This document shows, piece after piece, positions 53,307 through 63,330 of a DNA stretch of 64,000 bases. Location of the stretch: assembly GCA_046498225.1 (NCBI GenBank), contig JAWOBF010000061.1:1-64000 (forward strand). Direction: 5' to 3'. A program made the translations under genes and the position numbers. The DNA comes from Candidatus Aegiribacteria sp. GTDB lineage: Bacteria > Fermentibacterota > Fermentibacteria > Fermentibacterales > JCC-6. A model generated the notes under the pieces. That model searched no databases. It was not told where the DNA came from and saw only the letters and a list, made by a program, of their open reading frames with translations. Numbering within the stretch: position 1 is the first letter of the stretch; every line of letters begins with the position of its first letter.

Positions 53307-55865
53307 TCACTCCAGGCTGTCGCGAAGCTCGTAGAGTATCTCCAGGGCCCTTCTGGGAGTCAGTGAATCCGGGTCCAGCTCCATCAGTCTCTCGGCCAGA
53401 GGGTCCTTCAGGCCGTCCGGAGCATCCAGTGAAAGCTCCAGCTGCTCCTCGTTCCCTCCTCCCGGCATCAGGTGTCTTCCGGCTTCCAGGTCCGCCAGCA
53501 CCTTTCTGGCCCTTCGGACCACCCTGGAAGGGACTCCAGCCATGGAAGCCACGTGTATTCCGTAGGATTCGTCCGTGCTTCCCTCCTCTATGCTGTAGAG
53601 GAATACTACCTTTCCCCCCGTATCCCTGACCTTGACGTTCACGTTGGCCACCGCCGGAAGAAGGCTGCCGAGAGCCGTAAGCTCATGATAATGGGTGGCG
53701 AACAGCACCAGGGGCCTGTGTCTGGCGCTGTCATGCAGGTACTCTACCATGGCCCATGCCAGGGACAGCCCGTCGTAGGTGCTGGTTCCCCTTCCCACCT
53801 CGTCCAGTATCGCCAGGCTGTCCGGAGTGCTGGAGTTCAGGAGGGCGGCGGCTTCCGCCATCTCCACTAGGAAGGTGGACTGACCCCTGGTTATGCGGTC
53901 GGAGGAGCCTATTCGAGTGAATATCCTGTCCACAGGCGAAAACACCATTGAATCGGCCGGCACGAAGGAACCGGCCTGGGCCATGACCACCAGAAGGGCC
54001 GCCTGCCTGAGGTATGTGGACTTTCCCGCCATGTTCGGGCCGGTTACCAGCAGTATCCGCCTTCCCCGGTTCAGGTCCAGGCTGTTGGGAACGCATTCTC
54101 CCTGCGGAAGCAGCCTGTCCAGCACCGGATGCCTGCCGTTGCTTATGGATATTCCGGGATTATCGGCCAGCTCCGGCCTGGTGTATCCCCGGCGGGAAGC
54201 CATGAAGGCCAGGGAGGACAGCACGTCCAGCCCCGCCAGCATCTTCCCCGCCGACCTTATGCCCTCTATATGCTCCGCCACGCTGGAGCGAAGGCTTATG
54301 AAGAGGCGGCTCTCCAGCTTCTCCATCTGCTCTCCGGCCCTGAATATCTTCGCCTCCATCTCCTTCAGCTGCGGCGTTATGAACCTCTCGGCGTTGACCA
54401 GGGTCTGCTTTCGAATGTAATCCTCCGGCACCTTGTCCAGATGGCTTTTCGAAATCTCGATATAGTATCCGAACACCTTGTTGCTTCCTATGGAAAGGTT
54501 GGGAATGCCGGTCCGCTCCCTCTCCCGGTCCCTCTGGGCAGTTATCCAGTCCCGTCCGCCCGAGCGTATCTCCCTGTAGCCGTCGAGTTCGGGGGACACT
54601 CCCTCCCTTATCACCCAGCCGTCGGAAAGCCTGGCCGGCGGTTCGTCGGTGAGGGTGGTATCGATCATCTTCCCCACCTCCTCAAGCAGGTCCAGTGAAG
54701 CCATATCCGTCAGCAGCTCCGAATCGGACCCTCGAATCAGCTCCACGGCATCCGGAAGCAGGGAAATCGTGTCCGCCACCGCTCTGAGATCCCTCGGCGA
54801 TGATCTCAGCGTTCCCAGTTTTCCCGCCTGCCTCTGAAGGTCAGCCGCCCGCGGGAGGATGCTTCGAAGACCATCCAGGGCATCCGTGTTCCGCGTGAGC
54901 CAGGAGACCGCGTCGTACCTGTTCTCTATGGTTTTCCTTTCCCGGGAGGGCGACGAGAGCCATTTGCGCCATTCCCTGGACCCGGCGGGGGTCACGGTCT
55001 CGTCCGTGGTCTCCGAGAGCACTCCGGAATCCTCCCCCGGCGAAGGCTCGGTAATGTTTAGGGACCTGGCGCTTCCCCTGTCGATTATCATGCAGTCATC
55101 GCGCCTGTACATTCCGGAGAAGTAAAGGTGGGACGCGTCCATTCTCTTGGTGTCCCTTATGTACGCCAGCAGAGCGCCCACCGCTGAGATGGCGGGGCTT
55201 TCCGGTCCGCTCCCCAGACCGTCGGTGGTCTCCAGGTCGAGTACGCTGCCCGCGCTGGCCGCGGCCGTCCCCGGCTCGAATTTCCAGGGTTCCAGCACGG
55301 TTGCCTCGCATCCCGCGGGAGGCTGTATCCCCGTACCTTCGGGCAGCAGTATCTCAGAGGGGTTTCTCCTGGCTATTTCCGCGGGAAGAAGGCCCTCGTT
55401 CATCTCCGTGGCTTCGATCTCCCCGGTGGATATGTCGCAGAAGGCCAGTCCTCCCCTTCCACCCCGGGAGCAGGCGGAGCAGAGCAGCACGGTCCTGCGC
55501 TCGTCCAGCGCGGGTCCGCTGACCAGGGTACCCGGCGTTATCACCTCCACCACTTCGCGGCGCACCAGTCCCTTCGCCTGTGCGGGGTCTTCGGTCTGCT
55601 CGCATATGGCCACCCTGTACCCTGCGCTGATAAGCTTCGACAGGTAGCCATCCAGGGCATGGTAGGGGAACCCCGCCAGGGGAATGCCCTCCCCGCTCTC
55701 CCTGTTCCTGTCCCTCGAGGTGAGCGTTATGCCAAGAGCTCCGGAGACCGTCTTAGCGTCATCGAAGAAGGTTTCGTAGAAATCTCCCATCCTGAAAAGC
55801 AGTATCTCACCGGGGTGGTCCTTCTTGATCTCCAGGAACTGGCGCATCATTGGAGTATTGGTCAT
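53307..55865 (-). CDS. mutS: DNA mismatch repair protein MutS
   Basis: TPMMRQF, GDFYETF, TGPNMAGKSTYLRQ, STFLVEM, DEVGRGTST, FATHYHEL. Confidence 0.97.
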   Translation of the reverse strand: MTNTPMMRQFLEIKKDHPGEILLFRMGDFYETFFDDAKTVSGALGITLTSRDRNRESGEGIPLAGFPYHALDGYLSKLISAGYRVAICEQTEDPAQAKGLVRREVVEVITPGTLVSGPALDERRTVLLCSACSRGGRGGLAFCDISTGEIEATEMNEGLLPAEIARRNPSEILLPEGTGIQPPAGCEATVLEPWKFEPGTAAASAGSVLDLETTDGLGSGPESPAISAVGALLAYIRDTKRMDASHLYFSGMYRRDDCMIIDRGSARSLNITEPSPGEDSGVLSETTDETVTPAGSREWRKWLSSPSRERKTIENRYDAVSWLTRNTDALDGLRSILPRAADLQRQAGKLGTLRSSPRDLRAVADTISLLPDAVELIRGSDSELLTDMASLDLLEEVGKMIDTTLTDEPPARLSDGWVIREGVSPELDGYREIRSGGRDWITAQRDRERERTGIPNLSIGSNKVFGYYIEISKSHLDKVPEDYIRKQTLVNAERFITPQLKEMEAKIFRAGEQMEKLESRLFISLRSSVAEHIEGIRSAGKMLAGLDVLSSLAFMASRRGYTRPELADNPGISISNGRHPVLDRLLPQGECVPNSLDLNRGRRILLVTGPNMAGKSTYLRQAALLVVMAQAGSFVPADSMVFSPVDRIFTRIGSSDRITRGQSTFLVEMAEAAALLNSSTPDSLAILDEVGRGTSTYDGLSLAWAMVEYLHDSARHRPLVLFATHYHELTALGSLLPAVANVNVKVRDTGGKVVFLYSIEEGSTDESYGIHVASMAGVPSRVVRRARKVLADLEAGRHLMPGGGNEEQLELSLDAPDGLKDPLAERLMELDPDSLTPRRALEILYELRDSLE

Positions 55866-56833
55866 TCCAGCAGCTCCATGGCTTCCCCCACAAGGTCCAG
55901 CGGGAGTATTCCTCTCCTGCACGCCTGGTCCCCCCGGGCGCATTCTCTTCCCCCGTGTCTGTGGCAGGGTCTGCACGCCAGCCGGCCGGCCATGAAGTTC
56001 CCCTTCCTGTCCTGCCGCCAGAATCCCAGGGCAGGGGAAGTGGACGTGAAGACCACCAGCACCGGGACACCCATGGCCGCCGCCAGATGAGCGGGGCCGG
56101 AATCCGGCGATACAAGAAGGCTCAGGCCCTCCACGGCCTTTATCAGTCCCCTCACTCCCTCCTCTCCCGCGTAGGTATCCACTCCAGGTCGAAGTACTTC
56201 CGAAGCCGCCGCAGAAACCTCGCGGGAATCCCCGGGGCCCCCTGTTATGAGGACATCGGCCCCGTGAAGGTCATGAAAGAGTCTGGCGGCCTCGGTAACC
56301 ACCCCGCGGGGAATGGATTTAAGCGGCCACCTTCCCCCGGCCACGATGCCCACCGTCAGACGGTCCGGTTCCCCGCTCCTTCTCTCCAGCTCCGGTTCAC
56401 CTGATCCCCCGAACCCGGCGGCGGCGAGAAAGTCATCCGTCCGCAGGGGCATGGGTTCCCTGCTTCCACGCAGAATCCTGCTTCTGCTTTTCCTGTCCAT
56501 CCTGAACCTGCCGGTCACGTTCATTCCCAGGGTGGCCAGCCTGGTGGTAAGGCTGTTCTGCAGGTCCACCACACTGGAAGGGCCTATCCGCGCCAGCAGC
56601 CTTCTCAGACCCGGGAAGCCCTCTTCCCCCGGTACGGCGGGTATGATGTTTCCGTACATCCGCTCCACTATCGGCCGGTACTCATTCGAGGTCACGAAAT
56701 GGACCGGACCGGCTCCGGTGAGCCCGGCTGCCGCCGGCTGGGCCAGGATAACGTCACCCATGGAGTGAAGGCGGATTACGGCGGTACTACTGCCCGGCGA
56801 ACTGGAGATCGTAGAGTTTCCTGTATTTTCCAT
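55862..56833 (-). CDS. Glycosyltransferase family 9 (heptosyltransferase-like)
   Basis: IRLHSMGDVIL, VDLQ, PDSGPAHLAAAMG, CRPC; start approximate. Confidence 0.88.
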   Translation of the reverse strand: MENTGNSTISSSPGSSTAVIRLHSMGDVILAQPAAAGLTGAGPVHFVTSNEYRPIVERMYGNIIPAVPGEEGFPGLRRLLARIGPSSVVDLQNSLTTRLATLGMNVTGRFRMDRKSRSRILRGSREPMPLRTDDFLAAAGFGGSGEPELERRSGEPDRLTVGIVAGGRWPLKSIPRGVVTEAARLFHDLHGADVLITGGPGDSREVSAAASEVLRPGVDTYAGEEGVRGLIKAVEGLSLLVSPDSGPAHLAAAMGVPVLVVFTSTSPALGFWRQDRKGNFMAGRLACRPCHRHGGRECARGDQACRRGILPLDLVGEAMELLE

Positions 56834-58697
56834 TCTTTTCCAGCAGCTGGGAATGGGTTCCCCTTTCAAATATGCGTCCGTCCTCCACGTAGAGCACTTT
56901 TGTGGCCTTGGTGATAGTGCTCAGCCTGTGGGCTATGACCAGGGAGGTCCTTCCCTCCATCAGGCCGTCTATGGCCTTCTGGACCATCCTCTCCGAATGG
57001 GTGTCCAGGGCGGAGGTGGCCTCGTCGAATATGAGGATGTCAGGGTCCTTCAGCACCGCCCTGGCTATTGCTATCCTCTGCTTCTGCCCCCCCGAGAGCC
57101 TGGTTCCCCTCTCCCCTATCACCGTATCGAAGCCCAGTGGAAGCTCCCTGATGAACTCCATCGCGTTGGCCACCCTGGACGCCAGTTCGACCTTCTGCAT
57201 GGGAATGTCCTGTTCACCGTACGCGATGTTGTTCCTTATGGTGTCGTTGAAGAGCACGGTCTCCTGGGTGACCACTCCCAGGCTCCTGCGCAGAGCTTCC
57301 AGGTCGATGCTCCTCAGGTCGAAGCCGTCTATGGTTATCCTTCCGGAGTCCGGGTCGTAGAACCTTGGTATAAGGTCGGCTATGGTGCTCTTACCCCCTC
57401 CGCTGGGACCTACCAGGGCCACTATCTCCCCCCTTTTCATGGAGAAGGAGATATCCTTGAGGACCGGCTCATCGCCGCCGTAGCTGAAGCAGACATCCAG
57501 GAAATCGATGCTTTCCCGGAAGGAATCGAAGGGAACCGGGTGGGCGGACTGAATTACCGACGGTTTCCTGTCCATCAGTTTGAAGACCCTTTCCGCAGAA
57601 GCGAGCCCGCTCTGTATCCTGCTGTTGGCCTTGCTTATGGTCTTTATCGGGCTCATCATGGACAGTGCTGCGGCCAGGAACACAAGGAAGCGTCCGGTAG
57701 TCAGGTCGCCGCCCGAAAGTATCGCCTTTCCGCCGTACCACATTATGAAGCCGCTGGCGATGGCCCCCATGGTCTCCGTCACCGGGCTGGCTAACGCCCT
57801 CTCCCTCTGCAGCGATGTCTCCGTCTTCCTGTGCACGTCCAGCATTCCCGCGAACCTGCGGGACTCGAACCGCTCCATGGAAAAGGCCTTGACTATGCGT
57901 ATGCCGAAGATGGTCTCCTGCAGAATGGCCGAGAAATCCGCCAGCCTCTCCTGGGAGGTATGGGTCTTCTTCCGAAGCCTCCTGCTCAGGACCAGGATGA
58001 ACAGCATGGCCGGCGGGAAGACCAGCAGCGTTATCAGCGCCAGCCTCCATGAAGCCCACAGGGCCAGCCCCAGATAAACCAGGAGAAGCACCACCTGCCT
58101 GGGAACGCTCATCAGCATCTCCGTCATGGCCCAGTTCATGTTGCCCACGTCGGAGGTGAACCTGGCCATAACGTCGCCGGCCCTGGCGGACGTATAGAAT
58201 CCCATGTCCAGCTCCAGCAGATGGTCGTAGAGTTTTGCGCGAATGTCGGTCACCACGCCCTGCTCCGCCCTGGATAGGAAGAACACCTGCATGAAGCCCA
58301 GCAGGTTCTTCAGGATAACTATGATAAGCAGCCCGACTATTATCACCGCGAGCACCTGCGCCGGGTCCGCCTGGCGGAAGGTAGTCCTCAGTCCCTCCAC
58401 CAGGTCCCCCCCCGCGGAGAATGTCTCCCCCGGATCCAGTGACTCTACTCCGGAGCCCATCCTGGAGAGGGCGTTCCCGGTATTTTCCCTCAGCACCGGA
58501 AGGAGTTCTCCCCCCTCCCTGGGCAGGTCTTCCCTGGTGAGCACGTCATCGAAGAGGGGGAGTATCATTCCCAGGGAGGCCCCGCTGAACAGGGCGAAGA
58601 ACAGCATGCACAGCATGGCCCCGGTCATCCACCTCCAGTATGGCCTGACAAAAGAGAGTATTCTGAGGACGGTACTTTTCTTTTTCATGGTAGACAC
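56787..58697 (-). CDS. ABC exporter permease/ATPase, MsbA-like
   Basis: ABC TMD followed by GPSGGGKST, LSGGQKQR, FDEATSALD, IAHRLST; located next to a GT9 gene. Confidence 0.9.
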   Translation of the reverse strand: MSTMKKKSTVLRILSFVRPYWRWMTGAMLCMLFFALFSGASLGMILPLFDDVLTREDLPREGGELLPVLRENTGNALSRMGSGVESLDPGETFSAGGDLVEGLRTTFRQADPAQVLAVIIVGLLIIVILKNLLGFMQVFFLSRAEQGVVTDIRAKLYDHLLELDMGFYTSARAGDVMARFTSDVGNMNWAMTEMLMSVPRQVVLLLVYLGLALWASWRLALITLLVFPPAMLFILVLSRRLRKKTHTSQERLADFSAILQETIFGIRIVKAFSMERFESRRFAGMLDVHRKTETSLQRERALASPVTETMGAIASGFIMWYGGKAILSGGDLTTGRFLVFLAAALSMMSPIKTISKANSRIQSGLASAERVFKLMDRKPSVIQSAHPVPFDSFRESIDFLDVCFSYGGDEPVLKDISFSMKRGEIVALVGPSGGGKSTIADLIPRFYDPDSGRITIDGFDLRSIDLEALRRSLGVVTQETVLFNDTIRNNIAYGEQDIPMQKVELASRVANAMEFIRELPLGFDTVIGERGTRLSGGQKQRIAIARAVLKDPDILIFDEATSALDTHSERMVQKAIDGLMEGRTSLVIAHRLSTITKATKVLYVEDGRIFERGTHSQLLEKNGKYRKLYDLQFAGQ

Positions 58698-58740
58698 TAT
58701 CTTTGCTATAAATGTCGTTCAGGTCAAGTAATTCCGGACT

Positions 58741-58767
58741 GGAACCAAATTGACCCTTTCGGGTATA
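58741..58767 (+). promoter_or_regulatory. Putative ECF-type autoregulatory promoter
   Basis: GGAAC-N17-GTATA about 45 nt upstream of the ECF sigma start. Confidence 0.5.
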
Positions 58768-58811
58768 TTACCTGTAAAGAGTGCGACACCAGGCTTGAAG
58801 GGTGTGATGCT

Positions 58812-59405
58812 TTGAACGGAAGAATCATTACGGCAAAAAGGACCAGGAAGGATCCGAGGTCCGATTCGCAGCTGATGATAGACCTCTGCAACGGCGATGA
58901 AGATGCCTTCTCAGAGGTGATAAGACGTTTCCAGGCACCGATATATTCCCTCCTTATCAGAATGCTGGGAAACGAGGAGGACGCCCAGGAAATGCTCCAG
59001 CTCACCTTCTGCAGGGTCTACAGGTACCGGGAGAAGTTCGACCCCGACCGGAAGCTGGTGAACTGGATATTCACCATAGCCAGCAACCTGGCGAAGAAGG
59101 AGTGGCGCAGAAGGTCACGCTGGATAAGCGTTCCCCTGGAACACGCCAACCTGACCAGCCCCGGCAAGACGGCGCCCCATTACAGCGCAGGACGGGTGGA
59201 GCTGCGCGCCTCCATCGAAGAGGCGGTGGACAGGCTCCCACCTCATTACCGGGAACCCTTCATACTCAGGGAACAGGAACAGATGTCCTACGAGGACATA
59301 GCCGAAGTGCTGAACATCCGCCTGGGAACCGTAAAATCCAGGATAAACAGGGCCCGGAGCCGCCTGAGGGAACTGCTGGGCGACGTATGGGAAGAATGGA
59401 AATGA
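58812..59405 (+). CDS. ECF RNA polymerase sigma factor (RpoE/SigW-like)
   Basis: GDEDAF, DAQEMLQ, WIFTIASN, SYEDIAEVL..GTVKSRINRAR. Confidence 0.93.
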   Translation: MNGRIITAKRTRKDPRSDSQLMIDLCNGDEDAFSEVIRRFQAPIYSLLIRMLGNEEDAQEMLQLTFCRVYRYREKFDPDRKLVNWIFTIASNLAKKEWRRRSRWISVPLEHANLTSPGKTAPHYSAGRVELRASIEEAVDRLPPHYREPFILREQEQMSYEDIAEVLNIRLGTVKSRINRARSRLRELLGDVWEEWK

Positions 59406-59872
59406 ACTGCTCCAGAGCACAGAGACTCATCAGCCTCGTTATAGACGGTCAGGCCACCCGGCAGCAGAAGAGACTGCTGGATTTCCACCTCATGGGCTGT
59501 TCCAGTTGCAGAAGGGCCATGGAGATGTCCAGGGACATATCCAGAGTGGCCCGGACGCTTCAGTCACCCCCTCCTCCGGAAGACCTGGAGAAGAGGGTGC
59601 GGCGAATGCTCGATTCCGGCGCAGACCGCGTGCATTACCTTCACCGGAGGCGCAGCGCCTTCCTCACCATCCCCGCGGCAGCCGCCATTCTCATTCTTGC
59701 CATAGCGCTTCTTCCGCTGTCATCCCCGGAGGAACCGCTGCGCAATTCATCCAGTCCCGCCCTGGCCGTGCATGACAGCAAGGGTATCGAGACCCGTGTT
59801 CCATCCAAGTCCGGCGTCAGGACAGTCCCGCTTTCCGCATACTCAAGGCAGGCAAGCCTCATCTCCTTCTGA
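59402..59872 (+). CDS. Zinc-binding anti-sigma factor (ZAS, zf-HC2) with one TM helix
   Basis: MNC...HLMGCSSC (HxxxCxxC); ATGA overlap with the sigma gene. Confidence 0.88.
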   Translation: MNCSRAQRLISLVIDGQATRQQKRLLDFHLMGCSSCRRAMEMSRDISRVARTLQSPPPPEDLEKRVRRMLDSGADRVHYLHRRRSAFLTIPAAAAILILAIALLPLSSPEEPLRNSSSPALAVHDSKGIETRVPSKSGVRTVPLSAYSRQASLISF

Positions 59873-59878
59873 GGCATA

Positions 59879-60748
59879 ATGATCAATCTTCTGCTGATAA
59901 TCCTGGTATCGGCGGTTCAGAGTTCCTTCATGGACGACGTTCATACGGTGAGGGTGGCCGACTCTCCCGGAAGCATAGAACTCTGCACTTCGGTTGCCAT
60001 ATCCTCCAGGCATGCCGCGGTGCTCTCCCTCTTCTCCATCGGTGACAGCGTATCGGTGGAAACTCCGTCCGGATTCCACTACCCCGATTCTATCATAGCT
60101 TCTCCGGACCTGGGAATGATGATCATGTGCTTTGACGAAGGTATCTTCGACAGCTACCAGGAGCCATCCACCGCAGTTCCCTCCATAGGCGACGAGGTGA
60201 CCATAGTAGGACAGGGCCTCAACGGCCTGATAGAGGTGCGCGGCCATGCCCGGGAGAGGTATCCCGACGGTTCTTTCCTCGTATCGGCCGGCCTGAGGGA
60301 CGGTCTGATGGGGGCCGCCGTCTTCAGCGACGGCGGCGACTTCCTGGGAATGATAACCGGCATAATCAGTACATCCCGACAGTTTCCGAGCAACGCCGGC
60401 CGCGAGTATCTCGTACTCTATCCCAGTCAGATATGGTACATGTGGGCCATGATGGCTGTCATGGAGAAAGGCCCCTCATCACAGCACTCCTTCGGTGTCA
60501 CAGCCCTGTCCAGCATATCCCTGACAGACACCCGCCCTTCCGGAATACACCTGGTATCGGTTCATCCGGGCAGCATGGCCTGGGAATGCGGCCTTCGGCC
60601 GGGGGACCTGATCACGCACATAGACAGCACACCGGTATACCACCCCGAGACCCTCAGGGGCCTGCTTATACTTTCGGAGGACACCCTCGCTGCCAGGGTC
60701 ATGAGGGAGAACTATCAGCGGGAGATATTCATACCTCCCTTCCAGTAG
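59879..60748 (+). CDS. Exported trypsin-like/PDZ protein (HtrA/DegS-like), probably catalytically inactive
   Basis: Signal peptide; IGDEVTIVG; GLMGAAVF in place of GNSGGPL; PDZ segment GSMAWECGLRPGDLITHID. Confidence 0.75.
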   Translation: MINLLLIILVSAVQSSFMDDVHTVRVADSPGSIELCTSVAISSRHAAVLSLFSIGDSVSVETPSGFHYPDSIIASPDLGMMIMCFDEGIFDSYQEPSTAVPSIGDEVTIVGQGLNGLIEVRGHARERYPDGSFLVSAGLRDGLMGAAVFSDGGDFLGMITGIISTSRQFPSNAGREYLVLYPSQIWYMWAMMAVMEKGPSSQHSFGVTALSSISLTDTRPSGIHLVSVHPGSMAWECGLRPGDLITHIDSTPVYHPETLRGLLILSEDTLAARVMRENYQREIFIPPFQ

Positions 60749-60853
60749 CCGCGGCTGACCTGACGATTATGCCTGCCCTCCGCTAACTTGGAACTGGCCC
60801 TTTGACCGATGACCGCCGGGACTGCTCCGGCCATTGCCGGCAGGAACTTCTGC

Positions 60854-60883
60854 TTGACTTGGTTTGTTGAACTTTTGTATCAT
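60854..60883 (+). promoter_or_regulatory. Possible sigma70-type promoter
   Basis: TTGACT-N18-TATCAT upstream of the sulfatase-like gene. Confidence 0.45.
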
Positions 60884-60948
60884 CTCCGGGCTATATATCT
60901 CTTGTCAGCCAGACATGCCATATCATCCTGCAAACTGGGAGTTGGATC

Positions 60949-62307
60949 ATGAAATACGTGTTGAATGCAGCCGCATTGCTCATACTGGTGTTCTCGCTAT
61001 TCACATCCTGCGCCAATATCGATGAGGATGCAGCGGGACCTCCCGAAAATCCCAGACAGAACATAGTGCTGATAATCATCGATACCCTCAGAGCCGATCA
61101 CCTTTCGTCCTACGGATATTCCAGGAATACCTCGCCTGCGCTGGACAGCCTTGCCGGCAGCGGAACCATGTGGACAAACGCCCAGGCACAGGCGCCATGG
61201 ACCCTTCCATCACATGCCACCATCTGGACCGGACTCTCAGTGAGGTCCCACAGAACCCTCAATCCAATTGCGGTGAGCGATGACAGCGACGAAGTGGTCA
61301 AGCTCATCTACAAGCTGGATACTGATCTTCCGTCATTGCCGGTTCTGCTGAACGATGCCGGTTTTTCGACCCGAGGCCTGGCGAATTTCACCATACTCAG
61401 CGACCTTTACGGATTTGACCAGGGATTTGACCAGTACTCGTGTCATATCAACGGGGAAGGCAGGGCCGGTGTAAGCGTGGACTCGCTGATCATCTGGCTG
61501 GAAGACCATCACCGGGAGAGGTTCTTCTGCATGCTGCACCTCTACGATGTGCATTCCCCCTACGCTCCGCCGGCGCCCTACAACACCGCTTTTCAGGACG
61601 ACCCGGACGCCCGGTTCTTCGACTGGGAACTGGAAGGGGACAGCATACTCAACCGGGACGGGCTGCCCCTGGCCATCGATCTCTACGATGGAGAGATAAG
61701 GTGGGTGGACGACAGTTTGAGCAGGCTTTTCGCCTGGCTCAGGCGTAAAGGGCTGGAGGACGAGACTCTGGTAGTGGTAGTGTCCGACCACGGCGAGGAA
61801 TTCCTGGAGCACGGATGGGTGCTTCACGGGAACACCCTCTATCAGGAAGCGCTTCATGTTCCCCTGATCATGTCCGGACCCGGGATCGAACCCGGAGGGG
61901 TGGATTCCACATGGGTCGGACTGTTCGACATCCTGCCCACTCTGATCGCCTGGGCGGGAATTGAGTCCGATGCACAGTTCGATGGCACTGATATTCTAGG
62001 TTCCCCCGATCCGGACAGAACAATTCCCTCCAGCGGGCCATCGCCTCTTCCCTGGCAGGAACAGTGGCCCATCGCTTCCGTCGTTTCCGGTTCAGTGAAG
62101 ACCATCATGATGAATGATATGGAGGACTTCGTAACTTATAAGCTGGCCGAAGATCCGGCCGAGCTGAATCCGCTTCCGGGGGATTCATCGGGCATCCAGG
62201 ACGTGCTCTACTACTGGGCATCTCCCCAGATCGGTCATCCCGATTTCGCCGAATCGGATTCGAGATCCATTCAGGCCCTGAAGGACCTGGGCTATATCAA
62301 TGACTGA
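60949..62307 (+). CDS. Sulfatase-like hydrolase/transferase lipoprotein (paralog of 6348..7679)
   Basis: Lipobox FTSC; IIIDTLRADH, WTLPSH, DVHSPY, SDHGEEF, LKDLGYI. Confidence 0.85.
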   Translation: MKYVLNAAALLILVFSLFTSCANIDEDAAGPPENPRQNIVLIIIDTLRADHLSSYGYSRNTSPALDSLAGSGTMWTNAQAQAPWTLPSHATIWTGLSVRSHRTLNPIAVSDDSDEVVKLIYKLDTDLPSLPVLLNDAGFSTRGLANFTILSDLYGFDQGFDQYSCHINGEGRAGVSVDSLIIWLEDHHRERFFCMLHLYDVHSPYAPPAPYNTAFQDDPDARFFDWELEGDSILNRDGLPLAIDLYDGEIRWVDDSLSRLFAWLRRKGLEDETLVVVVSDHGEEFLEHGWVLHGNTLYQEALHVPLIMSGPGIEPGGVDSTWVGLFDILPTLIAWAGIESDAQFDGTDILGSPDPDRTIPSSGPSPLPWQEQWPIASVVSGSVKTIMMNDMEDFVTYKLAEDPAELNPLPGDSSGIQDVLYYWASPQIGHPDFAESDSRSIQALKDLGYIND

Positions 62308-62508
62308 TCGTCGGGCATGAGTTCCCGTACACCTCCGGCCGTCCTTCCGGAATACATCCGATAAGCGTTCATCCTTCAACGGTTGTTATCTATTCCGCAT
62401 CCCGTTATCATGAACCCCGGGTAACGGATTGAGCCTATAGAGCAGACAGTTTGAGGGTATGGAATACAGCCATCCGTTTTCTGCTCCGGACTCCGGAACC
62501 GGTGGATC

Positions 62509-63330
62509 ATGGGGGTCAGCTTGGGAATGATCGGAAAGAAACAGGTAGGGGTCCTGCTCGGGAGAGATCCGATCTTTGCGGTGAAACTCGCGGCAAGGCT
62601 GCTCCTTGCACCCAAAGTGCTGGTGAACCTGCTTGCCGGCCGCACCGATGATATGCCGGTCCGGTACTATGAGATAGGCAGGGACCTGCTCCTCAAATAC
62701 AACAGGATAAGGTTCGAAAAGGAATACTCCGATACCGCTGCCATCGATTTCGGAACTCTGAAGGATATGCTCGGGAAGGACCATGGCCCGCACTACCGGC
62801 AGAGGTCGGTGGTGAAGTGGAACAGTTTCCTCTATACGGTTTGCAGGTTACTGAAGCCGAAGACCGTTGTTGAGACCGGTGTCTACTGGGGACTCTCGTC
62901 AACCAGCATTCTGGAGGCACTCGGACAGGTCGGACCCGGAAGGCTCCACTCCATCGATCTGACTCCCGAAAGGCTCCGTTCGCGGGGTCTGGCATCCGGC
63001 GTGATAGTCCCCGAAAGGCTTCGGGAAGGATGGGATCTCCGACTAGGTAAATCGAGGACGCTGCTGCCGGAACTGCTCACCTCGCTGGGCACCGTCGACA
63101 TATTCATACATGACAGTGAGCATACCTATGATAACATGATGTTCGAATACAGCACCGCCTGGCCTCATATCAGAAAGGGCGGCCTCCTCGTCTCGCACGA
63201 TGTCAGCTCCGACGGCGGACCGTTCCCCGATTTCGCCGAGAGCAGGGGGATAAGGTACCATGTGCGGGACATGATCGGCTTTGCCGTCAAGAACCAGCTT
63301 CCGCCCCTCTCTCCGTCCGAACCTACCTGA
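62509..63330 (+). CDS. Class I SAM-dependent methyltransferase (Methyltransf_24-like)
   Basis: VVETGVYWGLS, SID, FIHDSEHTY, GGLLVSHD. Confidence 0.85.
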   Translation: MGVSLGMIGKKQVGVLLGRDPIFAVKLAARLLLAPKVLVNLLAGRTDDMPVRYYEIGRDLLLKYNRIRFEKEYSDTAAIDFGTLKDMLGKDHGPHYRQRSVVKWNSFLYTVCRLLKPKTVVETGVYWGLSSTSILEALGQVGPGRLHSIDLTPERLRSRGLASGVIVPERLREGWDLRLGKSRTLLPELLTSLGTVDIFIHDSEHTYDNMMFEYSTAWPHIRKGGLLVSHDVSSDGGPFPDFAESRGIRYHVRDMIGFAVKNQLPPLSPSEPT

